Counted from the stretch's first letter, positions 18,412 through 28,390 are shown. The stretch: DNA of 64,000 nucleotides from Ilumatobacteraceae bacterium (GCA_031422395.1 JANPLQ010000152.1:11725-75724), one strand, 5' to 3'. Notes: generated by a model from the letters alone, not told the origin. Program-made: numbers and translations.

Positions 18412-19216
18412 GCGCGACCCCTACGAGCGCTGCCAACAGGCCAACCATCTGGCGGCCTCGAAGCCGGTCACCATGGAACACGCAACCGAGTGCGATGGCG
18501 ACGGCCGGATACATCGAGCCGGCTACCACGACCTGGGTAATCGAGCCGCGCTGACCACCGAATACGACGGCGGCGACTCCGCTCGCTCCGCAGGCACCGG
18601 CAAGGGCACTCCAACGGATTGCGCTGCCAGTCGCGATCGGTCGGCGATGCATCACGAGCCCTGCACCACCGGCCAGCAGGAGCGCAGTTGCGCGTTGCGA
18701 CACAACCGGCCAGGTGCCGGAGCCCTCTGATGTCGACACGGAGATGATGAACATCGCTGCGAAGGCCACCCCGGAGAGCCCGCCAAGGGTGACGCCGATC
18801 ACCATGTGCTCGCTATCGGCTGTCCATGACGTGAGCACGAGGGCAGCGATTCCGATCGAAATCCCGATCCAGCCGATCGGCCCCGGCACCTCCCCTGTCG
18901 CTGCGTCGTACAGCACTGGCAACACCGTTGACACCACTGCCGCAACGGGGCCGGCGACGCCGAGCGACGATTCGGCATATCCGCGCCAAAGCATCGTGAG
19001 GGCGACGCAAACTGCGATTCCGGATATCGCCCCGAGGGCCATGTCGCTGACGGTCGGCGTACCAAGCAGCGGCGAGTACAAGAGCGCCACCAAACCTCCG
19101 CCAGCGAACGCCATCGTGGTCGCCTGCAGTGAGCTGGAACGACCGGCCGCCTTCGCCCCGAGAAAATCGGACATACCGATCAGGAGCGAAGCCAGTAGCC
19201 CCAACAAGATCGACAC
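18395..19216 (-). CDS. Integral membrane protein, DMT/EamA-like transporter (tentative)
   Basis: The protein is 273 aa with about 9-10 hydrophobic helices and a GTG start. The family assignment rests on size and topology only. Confidence 0.55.
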   Translation of the reverse strand: MSILLGLLASLLIGMSDFLGAKAAGRSSSLQATTMAFAGGGLVALLYSPLLGTPTVSDMALGAISGIAVCVALTMLWRGYAESSLGVAGPVAAVVSTVLPVLYDAATGEVPGPIGWIGISIGIAALVLTSWTADSEHMVIGVTLGGLSGVAFAAMFIISVSTSEGSGTWPVVSQRATALLLAGGAGLVMHRRPIATGSAIRWSALAGACGASGVAAVVFGGQRGSITQVVVAGSMYPAVAIALGCVFHGDRLRGRQMVGLLAALVGVALIALD

Positions 19217-19239
19217 AGCCCGAACCTACCGACTCCCCA

Positions 19240-19284
19240 ACGCGATGAGCGATGAGGGGTTCTGCACCGCACAACGCTCATCGC
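19240..19284 (-). terminator. Hairpin downstream of the LOG gene (11-bp perfect stem, 23-nt loop)
   Basis: cgcgatgagcg (19240-19250) pairs with cgctcatcgcg (19274-19284). There is no U-tract. Confidence 0.35.
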
Positions 19285-19301
19285 GACTCCGACGTTTCGA
19301 A

Positions 19302-19898
19302 TCATCGCACCGTTGGGTCGGACCATTTGCTCGGGGACGGTGGTGCAGGGCCGGTCGCAATCTCGAGCGCCCGCTCGACGGTCGCCGCCTGCTGGGCGAT
19401 CGAGCGGTGGGCAGGCTTGATCAGCCCGGCGTCGACCGAATCATCGAAGAAACGGAACAGTGAGTCGAAGTAGCCATCGACGTTCAGGAATGCCACCGGT
19501 TTGGCGATTGTGCCGATCTGATTCCATGTCAGGATCTCGAGCACCTCGTCGAGAGTCCCGAAGCCGCCCGGCATCGCGACAAAGCCGTCGGCTCGATCCG
19601 CCATTGCTGCTTTTCGAGCGTGCATCGAATCAGTCACGACCAACTCGGTCAGCCCACGGTGACCGACCTCGCGATCGAGCAGATGTCGTGGAATGAATCC
19701 CGTCACGGCCCCACCTGCTGCGAGGGCGGCGTCGGCGACGATACCCATCAGGCCAACCCGTCCACCGCCGTACACGAGTCCGTGACCCGCCAGAGCGATC
19801 GCCTGCCCAAGTTGGCCGGCGACTGCCTCGAACGAGTACCGACTGCCGGTGTTCGCTCCGCAGAACACGCAAATCTCTTTCGACTCGCTCAACGTCAT
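19302..19898 (-). CDS. LOG family protein (TIGR00730-type nucleotide 5'-monophosphate nucleosidase / cytokinin riboside monophosphate phosphoribohydrolase-like)
   Basis: ICVFCGAN, YGGGRVGLMG and MPGGFGTLDEVLE are the LOG signature motifs. The start is set at ATG 19898 (MTLSESKE). Confidence 0.85.
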   Translation of the reverse strand: MTLSESKEICVFCGANTGSRYSFEAVAGQLGQAIALAGHGLVYGGGRVGLMGIVADAALAAGGAVTGFIPRHLLDREVGHRGLTELVVTDSMHARKAAMADRADGFVAMPGGFGTLDEVLEILTWNQIGTIAKPVAFLNVDGYFDSLFRFFDDSVDAGLIKPAHRSIAQQAATVERALEIATGPAPPSPSKWSDPTVR

Positions 19899-19963
19899 GG
19901 CGACAGGATGGCACCTGAACTCGACCCATTCCACCAGAGTTACTGAGCGGTAGCTTGTCGAGC

Positions 19964-21565
19964 ATGACGACCCCCGACCTGCAGGCCGCATCGGCCGCTC
20001 TCGAACTGGCCGATCAGGCGATTACGACCGCCATTACCAGACTGACGGAACTCGGTGGGCCCGACCGTCAACAGGTGTTCGCTTACGAGTTGGCACACGC
20101 CGGTGCCGGCGTGGCGACGGCCAAGTCGATGCTGACGTACGGCGTTCACGGCGAGACAGAAACCGGCCTGACGTGCGCGTTCGCGGCCGACGTGATCCAC
20201 GATTTGGTCGCCAAACTGATCGGACGAGACAAGTTGTGGGGTGTCGACCCGGCGCTGCTGGCACCGGCCAACGACTTCGTCGCAACATTCCGAGAACCGG
20301 AGCTGATCGCCTCGTTGGCCACCACGCCGGGCGACCGCCACCTCGACGATGAAATGGAAATGGTGCGCGATTCGTTCAGAGCCTTCGCCACCGACGTGAT
20401 CGCACCGCATGCGGAACACGTCCATCGAACCAACGGAGACGTGCCAGAGGAGATCGTTCGAGGCCTCGCCGAACTGGGGGCGTTCGGACTCAGCGTGCCG
20501 GCGGAATACGGCGGGTTCAGCGAAGGCGGCGACAACGAATACCTGGCGATGGTCGTCGCTACCGAGGAGCTCAGCCGGGCCAGTCTCGGAATCGGCGGGT
20601 CACTCATCACCCGACCCGAAATCCTCACGCGGGCGCTCGTCAAGGGCGGGACCGAGGCACAAAAGCTCGAATGGTTACCGAAGCTGGCCACCGCTGAAGT
20701 GATGCCGGCGGTCGCAGTTACCGAGCCGGACTACGGCAGCGACGTCGCCAGCTTGACAGTCGCGGCGACGGCCGCAGACGGGCCAGACGGCCAGCCCGGT
20801 TACGTGATCAATGGTGTCAAGACGTGGTGCACGTTCGGTGCTCGCGCCGATGCGTTGGCGTTGCTCGCCCGCACCGACCCCGATCGGTCGAAAGGTCACC
20901 GAGGTCTGAGCCTGTTCATCGTGCCCAAAGAACGTGGTGACGGACATGGGTTCCGGTTGCTGCAGGAGGCCGTCGGTGACCGTATTGGATCGATGGAGGG
21001 CCGACCGATCGACACAATCGGCTACCGCGGAATGCACTCGTACGAGATCGCTCTCGACAACTGGTGGGTGCCCGCCGACAATCTGATCGGCGGTGCCGAG
21101 GGTCTCGGCCGTGGCTTCTATCTGCAGATGGCAGGGTTCGAGAACGGTCGGCTGCAAACAGCCGCCCGAGCACTGGGAGTGATGCAGGCCGCGTACGAGT
21201 TGGCCGTCGAATATGCCTCCAACCGCAAGGTGTTCGAGTCGAACATCATCGAGTACCAACTCACACGAGCCAAGCTCGGCCGGATGGCGATGTTGATCCA
21301 GGCCAGCAGGCAGTTCGCCTATCGAGTTGCCATGTTGATGGGGCGCGGTGAGGGTGCGATGGAGGCCAGCATGGTCAAGGCGTATGTGTGCAAAGCCGCC
21401 GAATGGGTGACACGGGAGGCGATGCAGATCCACGGCGGGATGGGCTACGCCGAGGAGTTCGCCGTCAGCCGTTTGTTCGTCGATGCACGAGTGCTCTCGA
21501 TTTTCGAAGGTGCCGACGAAACGCTGTGCTTGAAGGTGATCGCCCGACGGCTCACAACCGGCTGA
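19964..21565 (+). CDS. Acyl-CoA dehydrogenase with an N-terminal helical extension
   Basis: LSVPAEYGG, TEPDYGSDVASL, the YRGMHSYE region and QIHGGMGYAEEF match ACAD motifs. An alternative TTG start lies at 19955. Confidence 0.85.
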   Translation: MTTPDLQAASAALELADQAITTAITRLTELGGPDRQQVFAYELAHAGAGVATAKSMLTYGVHGETETGLTCAFAADVIHDLVAKLIGRDKLWGVDPALLAPANDFVATFREPELIASLATTPGDRHLDDEMEMVRDSFRAFATDVIAPHAEHVHRTNGDVPEEIVRGLAELGAFGLSVPAEYGGFSEGGDNEYLAMVVATEELSRASLGIGGSLITRPEILTRALVKGGTEAQKLEWLPKLATAEVMPAVAVTEPDYGSDVASLTVAATAADGPDGQPGYVINGVKTWCTFGARADALALLARTDPDRSKGHRGLSLFIVPKERGDGHGFRLLQEAVGDRIGSMEGRPIDTIGYRGMHSYEIALDNWWVPADNLIGGAEGLGRGFYLQMAGFENGRLQTAARALGVMQAAYELAVEYASNRKVFESNIIEYQLTRAKLGRMAMLIQASRQFAYRVAMLMGRGEGAMEASMVKAYVCKAAEWVTREAMQIHGGMGYAEEFAVSRLFVDARVLSIFEGADETLCLKVIARRLTTG

Positions 21566-21573
21566 ATGGCGAC

Positions 21574-22263
21574 TCAGAACATCGAGACGATCTCGCCGAC
21601 CGAGTGGATGCGCTCGAACGTGGCCCCTGGGTGGTGGTCGTAGGGGTCGACCAGGATCGGATGCAGCCCGGCGGCACTTGCTCCCCCGATGTCCATCGTC
21701 ACCGAGTCACCGATGTAGGCGACCCGCGATCGCTCGAACTCGGAGAAATGCGCCAACGCAAAGTCGAAGATCCGGGGATCGGGCTTACTGACCCCGACGA
21801 TGTCACTGTCGACCACGCATCGCACCTCGACCCCGTCGCCGGCACCGACCTGGCAGATCTGACCGCGGCGGAGTTCCGCTTCGATCTGACCGCTTGCGTT
21901 CGACACGACACCCATCGGCACTCCGGCCTCTGCTAGTGCCGCCAGGGCGACCAGTGTGGCGGGGATCGGCCAACGCCAGAGGTGCGGGCTGCGGGTGACT
22001 TCCAAGGCCTCGACCGCATCATCGAAGTAGTCGCTGATCACACCGAGCGCTGTCACGTATGCCGTGTTGTAGCTGCCCCAATGCTTCTCGGTCGAACCGA
22101 TCCGTGACTTGGCAGCCATCCCGGCGTAGTGCGCCCGACAATGATCATCGATTTCGAGGCTGCCGCCATACGGAGCGAGCAGCGGACCGAGCACTGTCGG
22201 ATCGGGCAGCACCAACACACCACCTGCATCGAAAAGCACGGCATCGAATCGAGGCCCGCTCAT
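21574..22263 (-). CDS. HAD-superfamily hydrolase
   Basis: Motif I is AVLFDAGGVL, followed by VVSNASG and YIGDSVTMDIGGA. Confidence 0.8.
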   Translation of the reverse strand: MSGPRFDAVLFDAGGVLVLPDPTVLGPLLAPYGGSLEIDDHCRAHYAGMAAKSRIGSTEKHWGSYNTAYVTALGVISDYFDDAVEALEVTRSPHLWRWPIPATLVALAALAEAGVPMGVVSNASGQIEAELRRGQICQVGAGDGVEVRCVVDSDIVGVSKPDPRIFDFALAHFSEFERSRVAYIGDSVTMDIGGASAAGLHPILVDPYDHHPGATFERIHSVGEIVSMF

Positions 22264-23339
22264 TCGCCAGGTCCTGTCAATTCAGTCGGATCGACCCCGC
22301 ACAGTTCGAACAAATCCGCCATCGCATCGAGGTCGGCTCCAAAATTGGGATCAGTGAAATCGCCGTTGTCGGCGAAGCACGTTGCCTGCGCGTCGGTGAG
22401 TCCGAGTTGCATCAACAGTGCTACCAGTTGCTCAGTGATCGTGCCTGCCGACGGATCGAAGTCAGCCGACGACGACTGATCCGACGAACCGGCTTCGATG
22501 CCGCACACCTGCTCGCCGTACTGGTCGATGGTTTCGTTGGCGCCCGCAACCGAGGCGTCGTTCAGCACCGACAGGTCGGCGTCGAGTATGTCGTAGTCGG
22601 CGACCGCAAAAGCCTCGTCCAGTTGGTGAAAGCCGTCAACGGCCAATGCCACCTGAGTGGCGATCTCAGCTGGGGCTACCGTGAGGGCGGCATCATATTT
22701 GGGTAGCACCTCTCCGAAGAACGCCCTTGCAGCCTCCGGTTGGCTCAGTGCGGATTCGATTTCGTTCGTGATCAAGTCCAGCTCGCGAGCAGCCACGCAC
22801 CAGTCGGAGTCGGCGTCACCGGTGTAGACGACCTCATCGGCCGACATCTCGTCGACAGTTGACACGGTTGGCGACGTTGACGGAGAGTCTGGTTCCGTCG
22901 TCGCAACAGTTTGCTCGGTGACGATGCCGCATTCGGCCTCGTTGTAGGCCTTGATCTTGATCGTCGCCGACTGCATGTCAGCAGCGAGGCCCTTCAGATC
23001 CTCGTCCAGCGCCACGGCTTCGATGTCGTAGTCGACGTCTGCCAATGCCCGAGCCAGTTGATCGACGCCATCGACGGTCGTCTTGACCTCCGCTCGAATC
23101 TCGTCAGGTGCCGACCGAACGGCCTCGTCGAGCAGCTCCTGCCAGGCATCCAAACCGGCCCGCAGGGAATCGTTGTCACCTTCGAGGGCGGTCTGGAATT
23201 CGCCCTCGCCGACCTCGACTCGATTGGCTACAGCGCACCAATCTGCCGGTGCTACATCTCCGTCGTCGTCACCGCCGCCGGTCCCGCACGCCGTTAACAG
23301 GCAAAGCGCAACTAGACACGCAATCGCCCGATTCATCAT
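22260..23339 (-). CDS. Secreted lipoprotein with two tandem ~105-aa Cys-pair domains, function unknown
   Basis: The signal peptide and lipobox are MMNRAIACLVALCLLTACG. Both internal repeats begin with DWC and end with Y.E..CGI. The start is set at 23339; the track's extension to 23531 overlaps the neighbouring gene. Confidence 0.7.
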   Translation of the reverse strand: MMNRAIACLVALCLLTACGTGGGDDDGDVAPADWCAVANRVEVGEGEFQTALEGDNDSLRAGLDAWQELLDEAVRSAPDEIRAEVKTTVDGVDQLARALADVDYDIEAVALDEDLKGLAADMQSATIKIKAYNEAECGIVTEQTVATTEPDSPSTSPTVSTVDEMSADEVVYTGDADSDWCVAARELDLITNEIESALSQPEAARAFFGEVLPKYDAALTVAPAEIATQVALAVDGFHQLDEAFAVADYDILDADLSVLNDASVAGANETIDQYGEQVCGIEAGSSDQSSSADFDPSAGTITEQLVALLMQLGLTDAQATCFADNGDFTDPNFGADLDAMADLFELCGVDPTELTGPGE

Positions 23340-23373
23340 CAAAACGCTATCGGCGCGCCCTATTGTCACCTTG

Positions 23374-23658
23374 ATGGGCCTGTTCAATTGGATTTTCGGC
23401 AAGCACGAGCGACGTCCTCCAGACCCGGACCGGACCTGTGAGGCAGCCTGGCTTCCGATGTGGCAGGCCCCGATGATTGTTGACGAACTCAACCAGCAGG
23501 GCATCCCGGCGACGATGAGCGAGGACTTCACGTCGCACCTGAGATTCGGTGCCCGCGTCCCGATGGCGAGGATCTATGTGATGGAACCGCGGCTCGTCGA
23601 GGCCGAAATGATCATCGAGGAGATCACCGGGTACCCGCCCGCCCATCAAGGTTTGTGA
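23374..23658 (+). CDS. Small protein, DUF2007-like (putative signal-transducing fold)
   Basis: MGLFNWIFGK...APMIVDELNQQGIPAT...ARIYVMEPRLVEAEMIIEEI resembles DUF2007 proteins. Its 3' end overlaps the convergent esterase by 35 nt, which lowers confidence. Confidence 0.45.
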   Translation: MGLFNWIFGKHERRPPDPDRTCEAAWLPMWQAPMIVDELNQQGIPATMSEDFTSHLRFGARVPMARIYVMEPRLVEAEMIIEEITGYPPAHQGL

Positions 23659-24535
23659 ACCGCTCGGCGATCCATGCGGTGATCGAGTCAAGTGCTTCGA
23701 TTGACTCGGGGACATCGACCCATGCCGGGTACACGTGCCAGAGGCCGTCGCCGACTGCGAGTTCGACATCGACGCCGACCGCTCTCGCGTTGGCAGTGAT
23801 CCGTTCGGCGTCGTCGAGCAGAATCTCGACCGAACCGACCGAGCAGTACATCGGGGGCAAACCACTCAGGTCTGCATGGATTGGCGAAGCGTATGGATGG
23901 CGCAGATGGTCAGGGCCTGCGTAGTCGATGCCGGCGCTCCGAAGGCCGTGCGGTGTGACTGATGGATCATCGTGGCTCAACAAGTCGACATTGGCGCCTC
24001 GCACCTCGAGGTCGAGCCACGGCGAAAGCAGCACCGCTGCGGCTGGCATGTGATCGCCAGCGTCACGAAGCGCTAGCAGAGTCGCCACCGTCAGCCCGCC
24101 GCCGGCCGAGTCGCCGATCACTACGATCCGGCGGAGCGGGTATCGATCTGCCAGCCAGCGCGCCGCTGCGACGGCGTCCTCGACGGCAGCCGGGAACGGG
24201 TGCTCGGGGGCCAACCGGTAGCCGACCACCAAGACGTCAAGGCCCGTGGTGCCAGACCAGCGGGCCGCCTGAGCTCGATGAGTGATGAGGCTCCCGGACA
24301 CGTAACCGCCGCCGTGTAGGAGCAGGATCGCACCTGATCCAATCGCTGGACCGATTCGCACGAATTCACACGGAATGCCATCGATGTCGATCGGCTCGAC
24401 GGATGTGCCTGGCGGCATCAACTCTCGCGCCGCTTCGAGTTCCCACGCCGCTCGGCCATCAAGGATCGACGGTTCGGGGGCGTCGCGCGCTGCACGTAGC
24501 TCGTCACGGACACGTTGCGCAATGGGGCTGAGCAT
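23624..24535 (-). CDS. Alpha/beta hydrolase, hormone-sensitive-lipase-like esterase
   Basis: The oxyanion motif HGGG (LLLHGGGYVSG) and the nucleophile elbow GDSAGGGL are both present. Confidence 0.85.
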   Translation of the reverse strand: MLSPIAQRVRDELRAARDAPEPSILDGRAAWELEAARELMPPGTSVEPIDIDGIPCEFVRIGPAIGSGAILLLHGGGYVSGSLITHRAQAARWSGTTGLDVLVVGYRLAPEHPFPAAVEDAVAAARWLADRYPLRRIVVIGDSAGGGLTVATLLALRDAGDHMPAAAVLLSPWLDLEVRGANVDLLSHDDPSVTPHGLRSAGIDYAGPDHLRHPYASPIHADLSGLPPMYCSVGSVEILLDDAERITANARAVGVDVELAVGDGLWHVYPAWVDVPESIEALDSITAWIAERFTNLDGRAGTR

Positions 24536-25410
24536 TAGATCGGACTCCTTCTGAGCAGCTCAGGGGTAAACGGGCAGTCGGGGCTGAGCGCCCGCCCGAC
24601 GAGATCACTGACACCGTCGCACGAGGCCACATGAGTCACGAGGCCGAGCGGCAGGTCATCGAGCACGACATCTCGCCAACCTGCTTGAATACCGACTCGT
24701 GCAGCGATCTCGTCGACATAGTGCGCTGGAAGTCGACGACCGAGTCCGACGGCCAACCAGACCGGCGTGCCGACTGAACGCGCCACGGCTGCCAAGACGT
24801 GCGATCCGATCGGAGTCAGCAGGCGCTCTGATGACACCGCCGCGGCATCAATCATCACGATGTCGGCCAAGTCCGCGGCGCGTGCGAGATTCTCGACCGG
24901 AATCGGATCACAGGCCACATCGGATCGTTCCAACCGTTGCATGAACGACGAGGCCTGATGGTCGCTGTCGGCGCACCACACGGTCACATCCCCACGCTGC
25001 ATCAACGCCTCGCCAGCGGTGATGGGCCACCCAATCGTCAGCACCACCGCTTCGTCAGGCAATGCGGTCGCGATTGCACTCGGGGCTGGATCGTCGTCGA
25101 GTTGGTCGATCAGCGTCCACGCCATCTCGGTCGGGTCGTCTGCGGTCAAGAGATGCGAGCACAGCCACCACAGCGGGGCTGCTTCCGGGTGCCGTTCAAC
25201 GATTCGACGGCATGCGATCACAAGGTTGGCCGGGTCGGCACGAAGCGATCCGAGCGCGATCGCCGTCTCGCGAGCGAGCGAAATCGAGTCGACGCCGCGT
25301 GCTCTGGCGACGTAGCGAAGATGCTCGATCGGATGCACATTCGTACGGTAGGTGATCCTCCTCGCTACGATCGCACGCCGTGGCGACAAAACTGCCGACC
25401 GATCTGACAC
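24535..25410 (-). CDS. Conserved hypothetical protein (possibly an eIF-2B-related fold)
   Basis: Composition is coding-like and I recognised no catalytic motif. The start is uncertain because the track start overlaps the divergent gene by 31 nt; GTG 25338 (VHPIEHL) is an alternative. Confidence 0.5.
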   Translation of the reverse strand: MSDRSAVLSPRRAIVARRITYRTNVHPIEHLRYVARARGVDSISLARETAIALGSLRADPANLVIACRRIVERHPEAAPLWWLCSHLLTADDPTEMAWTLIDQLDDDPAPSAIATALPDEAVVLTIGWPITAGEALMQRGDVTVWCADSDHQASSFMQRLERSDVACDPIPVENLARAADLADIVMIDAAAVSSERLLTPIGSHVLAAVARSVGTPVWLAVGLGRRLPAHYVDEIAARVGIQAGWRDVVLDDLPLGLVTHVASCDGVSDLVGRALSPDCPFTPELLRRSPI

Positions 25411-25868
25411 TTTCGCCGCTCGGCGGCAAACCCCGCGACCTCGACGAGTGGTTGACGACGTTCCACCTCGCCAGCGTCGTGCTCGACCCGTACACCAACG
25501 AAAGTTCGTGGATCCTGAAGACGGCCGTCCGTGTGTTGGATGCGTTGCGCGGATCGCACGCTCGGGTCAACTTCATCGTGACCGCCAATGCCGATGACAC
25601 GAAGGCATTCCTTGGCCCGGTCGCCGACCAGTTCCTCGTGTTCTGCGATCCAGATCGTTCAGTCGTGAAATCAATCGGGCTCGAACAACTTCCGGCGTTC
25701 GTGTTCATCCGCGTTGACGGTGAGGTGGTTGCCAAGGCTGAGGGCTGGAACTCGGCCGAGTGGCGCGCTGTTGCCGAGTCGATCTCCGACGTCACGAAGT
25801 GGAACCCGCCGATGATTCCGGCCCCCGGCGACCCGCGCCCGTTCGCTGGATCACCGGCGCTTGGCTGA
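25380..25868 (+). CDS. Conserved hypothetical protein, possibly thioredoxin-like fold without CxxC
   Basis: The pattern LDEWLTTFHLASVVLDPYTNESSWILKTA...LPAFVFIRVDGEVV has a Trx-like beta-alpha-beta layout. The gene has a GTG start and its stop lies 2 nt before the hrpB ATG. Confidence 0.5.
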   Translation: MATKLPTDLTLSPLGGKPRDLDEWLTTFHLASVVLDPYTNESSWILKTAVRVLDALRGSHARVNFIVTANADDTKAFLGPVADQFLVFCDPDRSVVKSIGLEQLPAFVFIRVDGEVVAKAEGWNSAEWRAVAESISDVTKWNPPMIPAPGDPRPFAGSPALG

Positions 25869-25870
25869 TC

Positions 25871-28390
25871 ATGCTTCCCGACCTTCCGGTCGCGGAAACA
25901 TTTGAGGCACTCCGTAGCGCAATGATCGGCCCTGGACGGGCAGTGCTCGTCGCTCCGCCAGGAGCCGGCAAGACGACGCTCGTTCCTTTAGCGCTGCTCG
26001 ACGAGGACTGGTTGCAGTGCCGCAAAATTCTCGTGCTCGAACCGCGACGATTGGCGACGAGGGCAGCGGCCCGCCGGATGGCGTCGCTGCTCGGTGAACT
26101 GGTCGGCGAGACCGTCGGCTATCAAACGCGCGACGAGCGCGAGATTGGTCCAGCGACCAGGGTCGAGGTGGTGACAGAGGGGATCCTGACGCGACGTCTG
26201 CAGAACGATCCGGAATTGCCAGGGGTCGGGTTGGTGATCTTCGACGAGGTCCACGAACGCAACTTGCCGACCGATATCGGTCTGGCCCTGGCGCTGGACG
26301 TTGCCGCCACGCTGCGACCTGACCTCCGGATTCTGGCGATGTCAGCCACCGCAGACACGGCCGCACTCGTGAAGGTGCTCGGCGATGCAGTGGTGATCGA
26401 GAGTCAAGGCCGTATGTTCCCGGTCGAGATTCGATGGGTGCCACGTGGCAAGCGCGATCGGATCGAAGACGTCACGACCGCGGCGGTGCTCCGAGCACTG
26501 CGCGAGGAGGCCGGAGACGTGCTCGTGTTCCTACCGGGGATCGGCGAAATCAACCGGACACAGCAAGCACTTCAGGGAGCGGTCAGTTCCGATGTCGACG
26601 TGTATCCGCTTGCAGGAGCGTTGTCTTTGGCCGAGCAGGACCACGCACTCGCACCTTCACCGCCCGGACGTCGCCGGGTCGTGTTGTCGACCGATATTGC
26701 CGAGACATCGCTGACGGTTGACGGTGTCCGCGTTGTCGTCGACTCCGGGCTCGCACGTGCGCCCCGCTTCGATGTCCGAACAGGGATGTCTCGGTTGACG
26801 ACGATCACGACGAGCCGTTCCTCGGCCGATCAGAGGGCCGGTCGGGCTGGCCGGGTCGAACCAGGCGCGTGCTATCGGTTGTGGAGCAAGATCGAGCACG
26901 GCACCCGCCAAGCCCACCGCTCGGCGGAGATCGAGGAGGTCGACCTGGCAGGCCTGGCACTTGAGTTGGCTGCGTGGGGGACCCCAGCCACCGAACTGCA
27001 GTTCATCACTCCCCCGCCTCGCAAAGCGTTGGCGGCCGCCGATGAGCTGCTTCGAACGCTCGATGCGATCGACGGACGCGGTCGGATCACATCCGTCGGC
27101 AGGTCGATGTTGAAGTCACCGGTTCATCCTCGGCTGGCGCGGATGCTGGTGGCCGAGCCGACCTCGCTGGGATGTGTGCTGGCGGTCCTGATCGACGAGC
27201 GCGACGTGATGCGCGGCCGTCACGACGAACTGCCGTCAGACCTAGCGCTCCGAGTTCGCCTGATAGCCGGACGAGACGCACACGACCAAGCCGATCGACG
27301 GGCCGTACAGCGGCTGCGCGACCGAGCTGCCGATCTGGCGCGCCGGATCGGGATCCGGTTCGATACGGACTTGATCGACGCAGACCGATCAGGGGCGGTG
27401 TTGCTGACGGCGTTCCCGGATCGGCTGGCTGCGCGTCGCCGGACCGGTCAGTTTCAACTTCGTTCCGGCGGCGGGGCGTGGCTGCCAGAGTCGGATCCGC
27501 TCGCTCATGAGCCGTTCGTCGTCGCCGCAGACCTCGATGGGAAACGTGACCGCTCGCGCATCCGACTCGCCGCCGGGCTCGACGCTGAAGACGTAGCGAT
27601 GGCATTCGGCGACGAGGTCGACGAGCGTGTCCAAATCGTGTGGGACGATGCACGCGACGATCTGGTCGAGAAGGTCGAGCGGCGACTCGGGGCGATGCGC
27701 TTGGGGGAAACGATGCGTGCCACATCACCGAGCGAGGCGACCACCGCGGCGCTTCTGAACCGTGTTCGATCAACCGGCTTGGCGGTACTCGGCTGGTCGG
27801 GTGCTTCGATCAGCCTGCGTCAACGCGTCGCCTACCTACATACGACGATCGGTGAACCGTGGCCAAACTGGAGTGTCGAGTCGCTGACGAACACGCTCGA
27901 TAGATGGCTCGGGCCCTACCTGACTGGTGCCAGCGGACGAGCCGATCTCGAGCGACTGGATCTGGCGATGGTGTTGCGCTCGCAACTCCCCTGGCCTCAC
28001 GGCGGCGACCTCGACGAACTTGCACCGCCGGCGCTACAGCTGGCAACCGGACGGACGGCGCCGATCGACTATTCCTACGATCGCCCGATCGCACGCGTTC
28101 GGGTCCAGGACCTGTTTGGCACGACAACGCACCCCACCATTCCTCCGACCACTTCTCCGACCACTTCTCCGACCGCTTCTCCGACCACTTCTCCGACCAC
28201 AGGGGGTCAGCCGATCGTGTTGCACCTGCTCTCACCAGCCGACCGGCCGATCCAGATCACGAGTGATCTGCCCGGATTCTGGTCAGGTTCGTGGGCCGAC
28301 GTCCGCAAGGATCTGGCCGGCCGCTACCCCAAACACCAGTGGCCGGCCGACCCCGCGAATGCGGTACCCAAGCGCATGAAAGACCGCTAG
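25871..28390 (+). CDS. hrpB: ATP-dependent RNA helicase HrpB (DEAH-box)
   Basis: Walker A is APPGAGKTT and the DEAH-type box is IFDEVHERN, followed by SATAD and TDIAETSLT. The C-terminal HrpB-specific block is LHLLSPADRPIQITSDLPGFW...RYPKHQWPADP. The start is ATG 25871. Confidence 0.9.
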   Translation: MLPDLPVAETFEALRSAMIGPGRAVLVAPPGAGKTTLVPLALLDEDWLQCRKILVLEPRRLATRAAARRMASLLGELVGETVGYQTRDEREIGPATRVEVVTEGILTRRLQNDPELPGVGLVIFDEVHERNLPTDIGLALALDVAATLRPDLRILAMSATADTAALVKVLGDAVVIESQGRMFPVEIRWVPRGKRDRIEDVTTAAVLRALREEAGDVLVFLPGIGEINRTQQALQGAVSSDVDVYPLAGALSLAEQDHALAPSPPGRRRVVLSTDIAETSLTVDGVRVVVDSGLARAPRFDVRTGMSRLTTITTSRSSADQRAGRAGRVEPGACYRLWSKIEHGTRQAHRSAEIEEVDLAGLALELAAWGTPATELQFITPPPRKALAAADELLRTLDAIDGRGRITSVGRSMLKSPVHPRLARMLVAEPTSLGCVLAVLIDERDVMRGRHDELPSDLALRVRLIAGRDAHDQADRRAVQRLRDRAADLARRIGIRFDTDLIDADRSGAVLLTAFPDRLAARRRTGQFQLRSGGGAWLPESDPLAHEPFVVAADLDGKRDRSRIRLAAGLDAEDVAMAFGDEVDERVQIVWDDARDDLVEKVERRLGAMRLGETMRATSPSEATTAALLNRVRSTGLAVLGWSGASISLRQRVAYLHTTIGEPWPNWSVESLTNTLDRWLGPYLTGASGRADLERLDLAMVLRSQLPWPHGGDLDELAPPALQLATGRTAPIDYSYDRPIARVRVQDLFGTTTHPTIPPTTSPTTSPTASPTTSPTTGGQPIVLHLLSPADRPIQITSDLPGFWSGSWADVRKDLAGRYPKHQWPADPANAVPKRMKDR
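28145..28201 (+). repeat. 12-bp in-frame tandem repeat (4.75 copies) encoding (PTTS)n inside hrpB
   Basis: The unit tccgaccacttc occurs at 28145, 28157, 28169 (variant tccgaccgcttc) and 28181, with a partial copy at 28193-28201. The protein reads PPTTSPTTSPTASPTTSPTTGG. Confidence 0.95.
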
